The notes under the pieces: generated by a model | What the model saw: only the letters and a program-made list of their open reading frames with translations | The model's database searches: none | What the model was told of the DNA's origin: nothing | In this document: positions 52,698 to 62,005 of the stretch, one piece after another | How positions within the stretch are numbered: position 1 is the stretch's first letter | How the letters are laid out: the number at the start of each line of letters is the position of its first letter | From: an uncultured Planctomycetaceae bacterium | GTDB lineage: Bacteria > Planctomycetota > Planctomycetia > Planctomycetales > Planctomycetaceae | Direction: 5' to 3' | NCBI GenBank assembly: GCA_963815195.1 | Contig: CAWFGE010000012.1 | Location: 448,001-512,000, forward strand | Length of the DNA: 64,000 nt | Program-made: the position numbers and the translations under genes

Positions 52698-53882
52698 TCA
52701 GGATTCGACGCGTTCCACGACCATCGCGACGGCATTTCCGCCGCCCAAACACAGGCTGGCGACGCCGCGTTTCAGGTTCCGGCGGTGAAGAGCGGAGAGC
52801 AAAGTCACCAGCACCCGCGCACCGCTGGCTCCGATGGGATGGCCGAGGGCGATGGCTCCGCCGTCGATGTTCACGCGGTCCGGATCTAGCCTCAGCTCCC
52901 GGATGCAGGCGAGCATCTGGGAAGCGAAGGCTTCGTTGAGTTCGTAAAGATCGATGTCCTCAGGACTTAGACTCGCCTTCTCCAAAACACCCCGCACCGC
53001 ATGCACCGGGGCGATGAACAGATCTTCGGGAGCGGTGCCGCTGGTGTGATAGGCGATGACCTTGGCTTTCCAGGGGGTTTGGCTGTTTCGGGCGGTCTCG
53101 GCATCACAGACGACCACCGCGGCCGCCCCGTCGCTGAGCATCGAGGCATTGCCCGCGGTTACACTGCCCTCGGCTTCAAACGCGGGTCGAAGGGCCGCCA
53201 ACTGCTCCGCCGTGGTTTCGGGCCGCGGGCCTTCATCCTGCGCGATCGTGGTTTCCGTGCGTTTGATCTTTATGGTGACCGGAACGATTTCCGCATCGAA
53301 GAACCGCTCGGCGATCGCCCGCGACGCCCGCCGCTGGCTTTCGGCGGCGTATTGGTCCTGGTCCTCCCGCGTGATGCCGTGCTTCCGGGCGGTGGACTCG
53401 GCGTAAGTTCCCATGTGGCAATCCCCAAAGGCACAGACCAGCCCATCTTTGAGGAGCACATCTTCCATTGGCACGTTGCCGAGTTTCAGCCCGGTCCGCA
53501 GGCCGCGGACGACGTGCGGGGCGTTGGACATGCTCTCCATGCCCCCGGCGACGAGGATTTTCGCATCTTCCGCACGGACCGCTTGGGCGGCGAGCATCAC
53601 GGCTTTGAGGCCCGACCCGCAGACTTTGTTGATCGTGACCGCCGGGACGGTGGCAGGCAGACCTGCTTTGAGGGCCGCCTGCCGAGCCGGGGCCTGTCCC
53701 AAACCCGCCGAGAGCACATGGCCCAGGATCACCTCATCGACGTCCTCCGCGCGAATGCCGGCCCGCGACAGCGATTCGCGAACGACGATCGCCCCCAATT
53801 CCGGGGCCGAGAGTCCGCTGAGCTGCCCCAAAAACTTGCCAATCGGCGTCCGCACGCCCGCCAATAAATACGCTTCGCTCAT
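52698..53882 (-). CDS. Acetyl-CoA C-acetyltransferase (thiolase)
   Basis: [33 protein letters not shown] and SLCLGGG motifs. Confidence 0.96.
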   Translation of the reverse strand: MSEAYLLAGVRTPIGKFLGQLSGLSAPELGAIVVRESLSRAGIRAEDVDEVILGHVLSAGLGQAPARQAALKAGLPATVPAVTINKVCGSGLKAVMLAAQAVRAEDAKILVAGGMESMSNAPHVVRGLRTGLKLGNVPMEDVLLKDGLVCAFGDCHMGTYAESTARKHGITREDQDQYAAESQRRASRAIAERFFDAEIVPVTIKIKRTETTIAQDEGPRPETTAEQLAALRPAFEAEGSVTAGNASMLSDGAAAVVVCDAETARNSQTPWKAKVIAYHTSGTAPEDLFIAPVHAVRGVLEKASLSPEDIDLYELNEAFASQMLACIRELRLDPDRVNIDGGAIALGHPIGASGARVLVTLLSALHRRNLKRGVASLCLGGGNAVAMVVERVES

Positions 53883-54043
53883 GATTTTGTTCCTTAAATT
53901 GGAGTTCGTTTCGCGGCAGCTTACCGCCGATTCGGGGCATTTTTCGAGTACTTTCATCAGCGATTTTTTGACCGGAACCCGCCCATTTTGGTATTCTGGC
54001 AAATACCCGTGTGGTTGCAACGATTTGAGTGAGGACCAGAGCA

Positions 54044-54292
54044 ATGGCAACGAGTTTGCAAGAGATTGACGGTTTCGCACGATTTGCCAAGGAGAAACTG
54101 GAGAAAGTCAAGCAGGAAGACCTTTCCCTCGAGGAGATTCTTGACGAATGGCGGGTCAATCATCCTCCGGCTGATGATCTTTTGGCCATCGAGGCTTCGC
54201 TTCGCGAGATGGAAAACGGAGAACACGGGCGAGCCTTCGAGGAATTTTCTCAGGAGTTCCGCTCCCGAAATGCGATCACAGGCGAGTCATGA
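54044..54292 (+). CDS. Putative type II antitoxin
   Basis: Small acidic protein (…AIEASLREMENGEHGRAFEEF…) whose stop overlaps the toxin start (ATGA). Confidence 0.7.
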   Translation: MATSLQEIDGFARFAKEKLEKVKQEDLSLEEILDEWRVNHPPADDLLAIEASLREMENGEHGRAFEEFSQEFRSRNAITGES

Positions 54293-54613
54293 CATTCGAA
54301 GTGCGGATCCTGCCCCGTGCGGAGCGACGACGCCCAACAGATTTTTGATTGGCTCAAAATGCAATCCCCTGAGGGAGCGGTCCGCTGGTGGAATGCTTTC
54401 GAAGAGGCGGTTCACGGACTTCTCGACGACCCCAGCAGCCGAAGTGACGCGCCGGAAAGCGAACTCGTAAACTATGAACTGCGGCAATTCCTGTTTAAGA
54501 CCCGTCGGGGCAAAACGTACCGCGGCGTGTTTGTTGTCGTTGAGAATGAGATCCGGATTCTCCGCATCCGTGGTCCGGGTCAGCCTCCGCTGGAACCGGA
54601 CGAGCTGGATTAG
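54289..54613 (+). CDS. RelE/ParE-family toxin; apparent +1 frameshift near 54325
   Basis: MTFEVRILPRAE joined to DAQQIFDWL..SPEGAVRW..LRQFLFKTRRGKTYRGVF..IRILRIRG. Confidence 0.78.
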
Positions 54614-54831
54614 GACGGCGTAAGTCCTGTTGCGATTCGCGATTGCGGATTCCTCTCTATCAGAATTATCACGAACAGCCGCCGGTTGGGGAACCGACAA
54701 TCTTCGTGGCGGATTTTACCGATTGCGGGGAATTGGGGATTTCTTCTCCAGAGTTTCCCCAGTTTCTGCCGATTGTGAGGATTACACTGCTTTAGAAATC
54801 GGCACTTGGAATCCGGCGAAGGAGCGAACGG

Positions 54832-56254
54832 ATGTCTTCTTGGCGACACTTTTGGAATTGCCTGGGAGTCTGGGCGGGCCTCTTCAGCCTGTGTTCGTTC
54901 GCGCTGGCTCAGCCGCCGATCCGTTTGGACGCGACCGAGCATGCCGAACCCTTGGAGGGACCGGAGTTTGCGGCTCCCCCCGCTTCCAGCAAGTTTTATT
55001 ATGGCGTGATGGGGCAAATCGCCAGGCCCGGCGTTTATGAACTCAACACCGGCCGTCTGCGGTTGATGGATTTGCTCCGCGACGCGGGCGGGCTGACCCG
55101 GCGGGCGACGAACGAAATTCACATTGTTCGCGATGGCAATGTGCTTCCGCCGGTTTTTTTCTCGCCGCGGTTGGATGTTTCCCTTGTTCCGGGGGACATT
55201 GTCGTCGCCGACGGTCCTTTGCCGAACGAGGCGGAGAAAAAGCAGGTGGCGCTCGTCGGTTTACTGAATCGGCCCGTGATTCTGCCCGTGCCCGCGCCGC
55301 ATGCGAATCTTAAAGCCATTGTCGCCTACTTGGGGCAGCCGGCGTCCCTGGCGAATGAAATCCAAGTTGAGCCGGTCGGCGGGGAACGAATCGATTCCGA
55401 AACAAAAGCCAATCGAGGGCCGGCGTTCCTCGTGCCCACGGTGTTGTACGTTAACTCCGCGAGCATACAAGCCGACCAGTTGCCCCCGTTTCCGGAGGTC
55501 TACCGCATCGGCCCAAAGAACGCCGAACGCCTGGCCTCCCCAACCGAGCCGACGCCTCCGCCGGAATTGGCGTTCCCGCCGGAAGATCGGTCCCCGGTCG
55601 CGCAGTTTTCGCCGACCGGCGCATGCCGTGGCCGAGTCATCGTCTGCGTCGGCCGAACCGGCTTCATTTTCCGTCGCTCGAGACGCCGGGCGAAACATCG
55701 AAGTGCCGGGAACTTGGAATCACGCCGACACCATCGCGACGCCCGCCGGCGAAGTCGACAAGCCGGACGAAGCCGAAGACTCTGCGAGCACTTGGCCGTA
55801 TTGGGGCGTCATTCTGGTCGCGGTCTTTTCCGGCGGAATCTATGCCCGGCGGCGCTATTGGAAGCGCTTGCCGCAGCGTCTCGTCGCGGACATTCCGCCG
55901 CTGAATCCTCAACTCCCGCAGAAACCGCAGATCGAATCGCCGGAGGAAACGCCGCCGAAAAGCCTTTCCGCCCCGTTCCCGTTGGACGACGACCTGGCCG
56001 CGCTGGTTTTCAATCGGCTGCCGGTGCGGGATGAATCCGATGCGAAACCCACGCTTCAAAAAACATTCCGGCTCGATTCCCCAGACGAACTCGGCCCCGC
56101 CGGGTTGAGCGGTCCGACGTTTCTCAAACGCCCCGCCGAGCCGCAGGCCAGCCCGGTGCCGGAAACTGTGCCGGCGGATGACCAAGAAAATCGGCCCAAC
56201 CTGGGCGTGCTCGACCGCGTGCTGTTGCGAGTTCATCAATCCCGGGCGGCATAA
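54832..56254 (+). CDS. Single-pass membrane protein with an exported SLBB (beta-grasp) domain and a Pro-rich cytoplasmic tail; apparent +1 frameshift near 55615
   Basis: Signal peptide; SLBB pattern VMGQIARPGVYEL..LMDLLRDAGGLT..LVPGDIVV; TM WPYWGVILVAVFSGGIYA followed by RRR in the second frame. Confidence 0.72.
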
Positions 56255-56287
56255 ACCGGGCGGAGACACTCGAAGAAAGGTCCGCTG

Positions 56288-57283
56288 ATGACGATTGCTT
56301 TGGACGTGGGCAGCCGGCGGTTCCGCTCCCTGTGGCGGAAGGAGACGCACCTGGCGGCCAAAACCTGCCCCGTGGCGTGCTGCTTTCTGCCGGACAAACC
56401 TCCGGTCCGGCATTTGTTGGAACAGTCGGGCGTGCGGTTTCGTGCCGCGCAGGATCAACTCGCGATTTGGGGATCCTCGGCGGAAAAGCTCGCGAATCAA
56501 TGTGCTGTCAAAACCGAGCACCTCCTGGCCCGCAATCCGCTCCGCAAAGACAACCACACCATCCGCGAGCCTTTGCAGGATCTGCTCTCGTCCGTGCTGC
56601 CGCCGGCGAAGACTCCCGGCGAGATTTGCAGCCTCGGTTTGTTGTCCGATGATTTTCACGCCGATTGGCTTCGCGCGGCTTTGGACGAGATGGGCTATCA
56701 AATCGTGACCTGCTCCGCGGGGCTCGCCTTGGTGTTGGCGGAGATGGTCCGCGAGGAGTTCACCGGCCTCGGTTTGGTGTTCGGAGCGAGCCGCTGCGAA
56801 GCGGTGCTCGCGCGGGAAGGAAAAGAGATCGCCCGCTGCGAACTGCCGCGCGGCGGCGACGCCATCGACCAGGCCATCGCCATCGCCGAGGACCGCTACT
56901 GGTGGAGCATGGCCGGCTTCCGCGAATTGGACACCGAAGGCATCACCGAATGGAAAGAATCGCTGACGGCGTCGCTGTTACAACCCGCGAATCTCCGCGG
57001 CGAACGGCTTCTGGCGGGCTATCATCAATTGGCGGCCGAGTTGTGCGGCCTCTGCGAAAGCGCGCTCTCGCGGCACGAGTTTCCGGAGGCGCTCGCCGTC
57101 ATCGCCGGCGGCGGAGCGGTTCGCATTCCGGGGTTCGCGGAACTCCTCGCGGAGCACCTCCGCGAATCCTCGCTGCCCATCGCCCTCGACAAAACCCGCA
57201 TCGCCCCCGCGGAATCCACCATCTCCCGCGGCCTGCTGATCCACGCCGAGCTCCAACACCGCGCCCAAACGCAAGCGGCGTGA
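56288..57283 (+). CDS. Divergent actin-fold ATPase, volactin-like
   Basis: Phosphate-1 IALDVGS; EMGY..GLALVLAE..FTGLGLVFGAS; RGGDAID; adenosine motif IAGGGAVRIPGF; connect-2 ISRGLL. Confidence 0.75.
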   Translation: MTIALDVGSRRFRSLWRKETHLAAKTCPVACCFLPDKPPVRHLLEQSGVRFRAAQDQLAIWGSSAEKLANQCAVKTEHLLARNPLRKDNHTIREPLQDLLSSVLPPAKTPGEICSLGLLSDDFHADWLRAALDEMGYQIVTCSAGLALVLAEMVREEFTGLGLVFGASRCEAVLAREGKEIARCELPRGGDAIDQAIAIAEDRYWWSMAGFRELDTEGITEWKESLTASLLQPANLRGERLLAGYHQLAAELCGLCESALSRHEFPEALAVIAGGGAVRIPGFAELLAEHLRESSLPIALDKTRIAPAESTISRGLLIHAELQHRAQTQAA

Positions 57284-57317
57284 GCGGCTGGGCGCTTGCC
57301 GCCGTTCTTTGGTTCGG

Positions 57318-58950
57318 TCAGGCGGGGGTTTTTTCGCTGACGGGTTCTTCGCGACTGGCGTAGAAACAGACCTCGGCGTCGCCGCCGGAGCGGTCGCATT
57401 CGTTGGCGAACTGGATCAAGTGATGCGCCACGACGCCGATGTGGATCACTTCTTCGATCCGGCCGCGCAAAAGCAGGGGCAGCGCGGTTCTCCAGAACAC
57501 CTCGCGGTAGTCTCCCTTCATGCCGATCCTCCAGAACAGCCGGCCGGCAATCCGCAGGCCGCGGACAATGTTGCTGAGATTGATCCGCGCCCGGGTTGCC
57601 GGCAGCGGCTTGCGGTTGGGAAACGTGTTCTCCAGCTGATGGGCAAACCTCCCGTAAACGGCCGCCGGCACGTAGGCGCGGCGGATGCATTCCCGCCAAC
57701 TGCCGATGATCGTCTCGTAGGGCAGCAGAAAGTCCACGTTCGATTGACGGTCCGCCGCGTCCACCAGCCGCCCCGCAGCGTTCAGCCGATCCCACAGCGG
57801 CGTCTTGGGCAGCGCGTGCAGGATGTTGATCGTCAACAGCGGAATCCGCGAGGCCTCGATAAATTGCAGAATCCGGCGGCCGGTTTCGGGTGAGTCGGTA
57901 TCCAACCCGATGATGATCCCGGAGACGACTTCCAGCCCGTAGCTGTTGAGCGTGCGAACCGCCTCCAGGAGCGGCTGCCGGAGGTTCTGCTTCTTCTGCA
58001 TCGCCTTGAGGGCGTCTTCTTCTGGCGTTTCGATGCCGCAGAACACCGTCGTGAACGCGGCTTCGCGCATCAACTCCATAATCTCCGGCGACTGGGCGAG
58101 GTTCAGGGTGGCTTCGCAGGCGAACCGGACGGGAAAGCCTCGCGCCTCCTGCCAGGCGACGAGGGCCTCGAGCAGTTTCCGAGCGGCGTGCTTGTTGCCG
58201 ATGAAGTTGTCATCGACGAAATACACGCTGCCCGGGTTGCCGCGGGCGAGCATGGCATCGAGTTCAGCCGTCACCTGCTCCGGCCGCTTGAGCCGGGGGT
58301 TTCGGCCGTAAAGCGCGGGGATGTCGCAGAACTCGCACTGATAGGGGCAGCCGCTGGAAAATTGCACGCTGGCGAGGAAATAATCTCGCAGGTCGATCAG
58401 GTCATACCGCGGGGCGGGAAACTGCGAGAGAGGCAGCCGATCGGTTGTCTCGAAGAGTTCCTGCGTGTACGGCCGATCGGCGGAGTGTTCGAGGCGGGCG
58501 ATCAAGTCTCGCGTGGCGTCGCCGAGTTCACCCACGTGCAAGAGGTCCACGTCGGGATACCACTCCTGACACGCCGAGACCGACGGCCCGCCGAGAACGG
58601 TGATCTTATCGAAGCGATGCGCCCGGCGGTTGATGTCCTCGATCTGCCTTCGCTGGACGTGCATACCGCTGGTGAAGACCGCATCGGCCCAGCGGAAGTC
58701 GGCGTCGGTGGCGGGGGCGATGTTTTCATCGATGAACCGCACGTCCCATGACGTCCGGCAGCGCGGCCGCGATGAGGAGCAGCCCCTGCGGAGGCATAAA
58801 CGCCCGCACCCCGAGCAGCGGAAAGGCGTAATCGAACGTGCCGAAGGAATGCGTGTAGCGCGGAAACACGCACAGGATTCGCCGATGCCGCGAAGCCGTG
58901 CCGTTTCGGTCGGCCGTCCGTGCCGGCGGCGTTAAAACCTGATCCGTCAT
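57318..58950 (-). CDS. hpnP: B12-binding radical SAM methyltransferase, hopanoid C-2 methylase-like; apparent +1 frameshift near 58755
   Basis: RRILCVFPRY..SFGTF, FMPPQGLL, SGMH.QR, LHVGELGDAT, SGCPYQCEFCDIP.LYGRNPRLK, IPLLTIN, SNVDFLLP and AHHLI match HpnP as recalled. Confidence 0.8.
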
Positions 58951-59016
58951 GATATCTCCGAGTGCTGGTGCGTGGCGGTGCCGTGATTGCCGTCAAGCAG
59001 GCGGCCCCGCCCAACG

Positions 59017-59033
59017 AGCAACTGCTGTACCGA
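59017..59033 (-). promoter_or_regulatory. Candidate sigma54 (-24/-12) promoter of the hpnP-like gene
   Basis: Minus strand TCGGTACAGCAGTTGCT has GG-N10-GC with TTGC, about 65 nt upstream of the ATG at 58950. Confidence 0.4.
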
Positions 59034-59220
59034 ACTGTTCCGTCAAAATGATCTATGGCAATGCTAGCAGTGGGCCACGGATCTCCCTAGAGGGAAATTC
59101 TGCGCGTCCAGGGTGGGAGTTCTCCCGGGCGTCTCCGTCAGGCCGAGTCCGCGGATTTCGCCGGCGATGTCCCTGGATTTTCGCGGCGGCCAAGATGCGC
59201 ACCCGGTCGGTAAGCTGGAG

Positions 59221-59348
59221 TGTGTTTCATAGAAGTATGGACTTGGGTGGCACGCCCTGAGGAACGAAGGGCGTGGTCCCAGGAATCGCCACGCCCTTCG
59301 CTCGGCTCAGCGACGTGCCAGCCGATCCACTGGAAAATAGGGCGAAAG
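59221..59348. repeat. REPIN/MITE-like palindromic element, family A (copy 4)
   Basis: Reverse-complement homologue of 45063-45197. Confidence 0.88.
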
Positions 59349-59485
59349 ATTATCCGCCTGTTTTTGTGAAACACGAATGGCGAACGGAAAAAATCCGCGG
59401 GAGGATTGGCGTTTAACGCATCAAAATGCGATAATGCTTCTAAAACCATCCCGCCACGACATTCCCTCCGACGGAATCCTGCCCC

Positions 59486-60898
59486 ATGTCCGATTCACGC
59501 CGAATTTGCCCCGGACCCGTGTCCCGCCGGTCGTTTTTACAAATGGGCGCGCTGGGATTGGGCGGTTTGGGGCTGAGCGATCTGTTTCGCCTGCGGGCTG
59601 ATGCCGGGAGTTCGACAGCGAGCGATCCCGAGACTTCCGTGATTTTCGTGTGGCTGCCGGGCGGCCCGCCGCACATGGAAATGTACGACATGAAGCCGGA
59701 CGCCCCGCTGGATTACCGCGGGACCTTCAATCCCATCCCCACGAATGTTCCGGGATTGGATGTTTGCGAGCTCATGCCTTTGCACACCCGCTGCGCGGAC
59801 AAATACAACATCATCCGCTCGGTGGCCCACGAGTTCGCGGACCACGGCGGCGGGCACAAGCGGTTTCTCACCGCGCGGAAGCCGAAAGAGCCGACGGGCT
59901 TTGTCAACGATTTCCCGGCCGTCGGTTCCGTGGTCGCGAAGATGCGCGAGCACCGGAACATCGGGCTGCCGAATTATATCTCCGGCACCAACGCGGGCCG
60001 GGCGGGCGTGGACACTTACAGTTTCGGCGCGGCGTATCTCGGGCCGGCGTATGTGCCCTTCAACATCCCCGGCGACCCCAACGAGGCCAAGTTCGAGGTC
60101 AAAAACATCTCGCTGTCGTCGTCGCTTTCGGATCGGCTCGACGACCGCGTGCGGTTGCTTAACGGGTTCGATCGACTCCGGCGGGACATCGACGATTCGG
60201 GCCTGATGAACGCGGCCGACCAGTTCAATCAAAAAGCCGTCAGCCTGCTCACCAGCGACAAAGCCCGCCACGCGTTCGATCTGTCCCAGGAGCCGGATTC
60301 CCTCCGCGACCGCTACGGCCGGCATGCGTGGGGACAGCGAGCCCTGTTGGCCCGGCGGTTGGTGGAAGCCGGCTGCAGTTTCGTCACAATGGTGATGGAG
60401 AACCCTTACCAGTCCGGCGTCTCGTGGCTGAAAAACGGGACCTACAATTGGGACTCGCACGCGGTGAACTGCCATTTGTTCGACGACGCGAAAATCCGCC
60501 TGCCGATCTACGACCGGGCCGTGACGGCGCTCGTGGAAGATCTTCATAGCCGCGGACTAACCAAAAGGGTTCTGCTCATCGTCACCGGCGAGTTCGGCCG
60601 CACGCCCCGCATCAGTCATCAGACCGGAACGCAAACGGGCGTCACACAGCCCGGCCGGGATCACTGGCCGCAAGCGATGAGCATGCTCGTCACCGGCGGC
60701 GGCATGCGGACCGGGCAGGTCATCGGCTCGACCAACTCGAAGGGCGAACATCCGCAAAACCGCCCGCTGACGCCCAACGATTTGTGGGCCACGGTGTATC
60801 GGCATCTGGGCATCAACCCCGAGCATTCCTTCCCCGACCACAGCGGGCGGCCTATGCCGATCTTGCCCTTCGGCCAACCGATCGACGAACTTCTGTAA
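59486..60898 (+). CDS. DUF1501 family protein with Tat signal
   Basis: SRRSFLQMG twin-arginine signal; WLPGGPPHME.YD.KP, LLARRLVEAG, WDSH, GEFGRTP and GRDHW motifs. Confidence 0.92.
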   Translation: MSDSRRICPGPVSRRSFLQMGALGLGGLGLSDLFRLRADAGSSTASDPETSVIFVWLPGGPPHMEMYDMKPDAPLDYRGTFNPIPTNVPGLDVCELMPLHTRCADKYNIIRSVAHEFADHGGGHKRFLTARKPKEPTGFVNDFPAVGSVVAKMREHRNIGLPNYISGTNAGRAGVDTYSFGAAYLGPAYVPFNIPGDPNEAKFEVKNISLSSSLSDRLDDRVRLLNGFDRLRRDIDDSGLMNAADQFNQKAVSLLTSDKARHAFDLSQEPDSLRDRYGRHAWGQRALLARRLVEAGCSFVTMVMENPYQSGVSWLKNGTYNWDSHAVNCHLFDDAKIRLPIYDRAVTALVEDLHSRGLTKRVLLIVTGEFGRTPRISHQTGTQTGVTQPGRDHWPQAMSMLVTGGGMRTGQVIGSTNSKGEHPQNRPLTPNDLWATVYRHLGINPEHSFPDHSGRPMPILPFGQPIDELL

Positions 60899-60902
60899 CA
60901 AT

Positions 60903-60930
60903 GTGAGCGGTACGGCGCTAGCCGCCGGTC
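60903..60930. repeat. Single REP, family C
   Basis: GTGAGCGGTACGGCGCTAGCCGCCGGTC differs by one base from 51823-51850. Confidence 0.75.
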
Positions 60931-60974
60931 GTGATGTAAAACACACTCTTCGCTTCGCCGGTTGCAAATGTGTT

Positions 60975-61835
60975 ATGGAATCCGCCGCTCATCGACTTCG
61001 GCAATTGTTGGCTCGTCCGGGATTATTGCGGAGCCTCGCCGCGCACGATGTGCTCTCGGCATTGGTGATGGAGCAGGCGGGGATCGAGCTTTTGTTTCTG
61101 GGCGGGTTCGGGGTGGCGGCGAGCCGGTTCGGTTGGCCGGACGTGGGTTTAATCACCTTGAGCGAAATGGCCGACGCCGTCCGCCGGATGGCTTCCCGCG
61201 TGCGGATTCCCGTGATGGCCGACGGCGACACGGGGCATGGCGATTTGCAGAACGTCGTCCGCACGGTGCGGGAGTTCGAATCGGCCGGGGCCGCGGGCGT
61301 CTTGTTGGAAGATCAAGTCTCGCCCAAGCGCTGCGGGCATTTTGCGGACAAGAACGTCATTCCCGCGGAAGAAATGATCCGGAAACTGAAGGCCGCGCTG
61401 GACGCCCGCCGGGATCCGGATTTTGTGATCCTGGCCCGCACGGATGCCGCCGCGGTGGAAGGCATCAATGCCGCCATCGACCGGGCCAATCGCTACGGCG
61501 AAACCGGGGCGGACATGTGCTTCGTCGAAGCCCCGCAAACGCTCGAGGACTTGGAGCGGATTCCCCGCGAAGTGCCTTATCCGTTGTTGGCGAACATGCT
61601 CCTCGGCGGCCGCACGCCGATCGTGCCGTTCGAAACCTTGGAAGACTGGGGCTACAAGATCGCGGTCTGCCCGATTGCGAGTCTGCTGCTGACCGCGTTT
61701 CAAATCCGCCGGCTATGCGAAGCGGTCCAAACCCAAGGCCGGGCCGACCAGTTGAGCGGCGAGATGTTCGCTTTTGAGGAACTCAAGCAGCTTTTGGGGT
61801 ACGACGACTGGGCCACATTTCGCGATCAGCTTTAG
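60975..61835 (+). CDS. Isocitrate lyase/PEP mutase superfamily (methylisocitrate lyase-like)
   Basis: PDVG, ADGDTGHG, EDQVSPKRCGH, ARTDA and FVEA motifs. Confidence 0.9.
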   Translation: MESAAHRLRQLLARPGLLRSLAAHDVLSALVMEQAGIELLFLGGFGVAASRFGWPDVGLITLSEMADAVRRMASRVRIPVMADGDTGHGDLQNVVRTVREFESAGAAGVLLEDQVSPKRCGHFADKNVIPAEEMIRKLKAALDARRDPDFVILARTDAAAVEGINAAIDRANRYGETGADMCFVEAPQTLEDLERIPREVPYPLLANMLLGGRTPIVPFETLEDWGYKIAVCPIASLLLTAFQIRRLCEAVQTQGRADQLSGEMFAFEELKQLLGYDDWATFRDQL

Positions 61836-62005
61836 CAAAGTTTGTGGAATGGCGTCTCGCGTTGGAAGGGTTCAGGAGAGGAGTCCAAGGAACGCCATGT
61901 TTTGAAGTTCCTCTTGACGCGTCCCGCGATCATCCGTTAAACAGCCGGTTTCCTTTGAGACAATCTGTCTTGACAATCTGGCCGAAACAGCAGGGAGGCT
62001 GTGGC

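Noticed and set aside
16097..59348. Repeated palindromes as a possible CRISPR array
   Set aside because: Copies are dispersed and inverted rather than tandem repeat-spacer units, and no cas genes are present.
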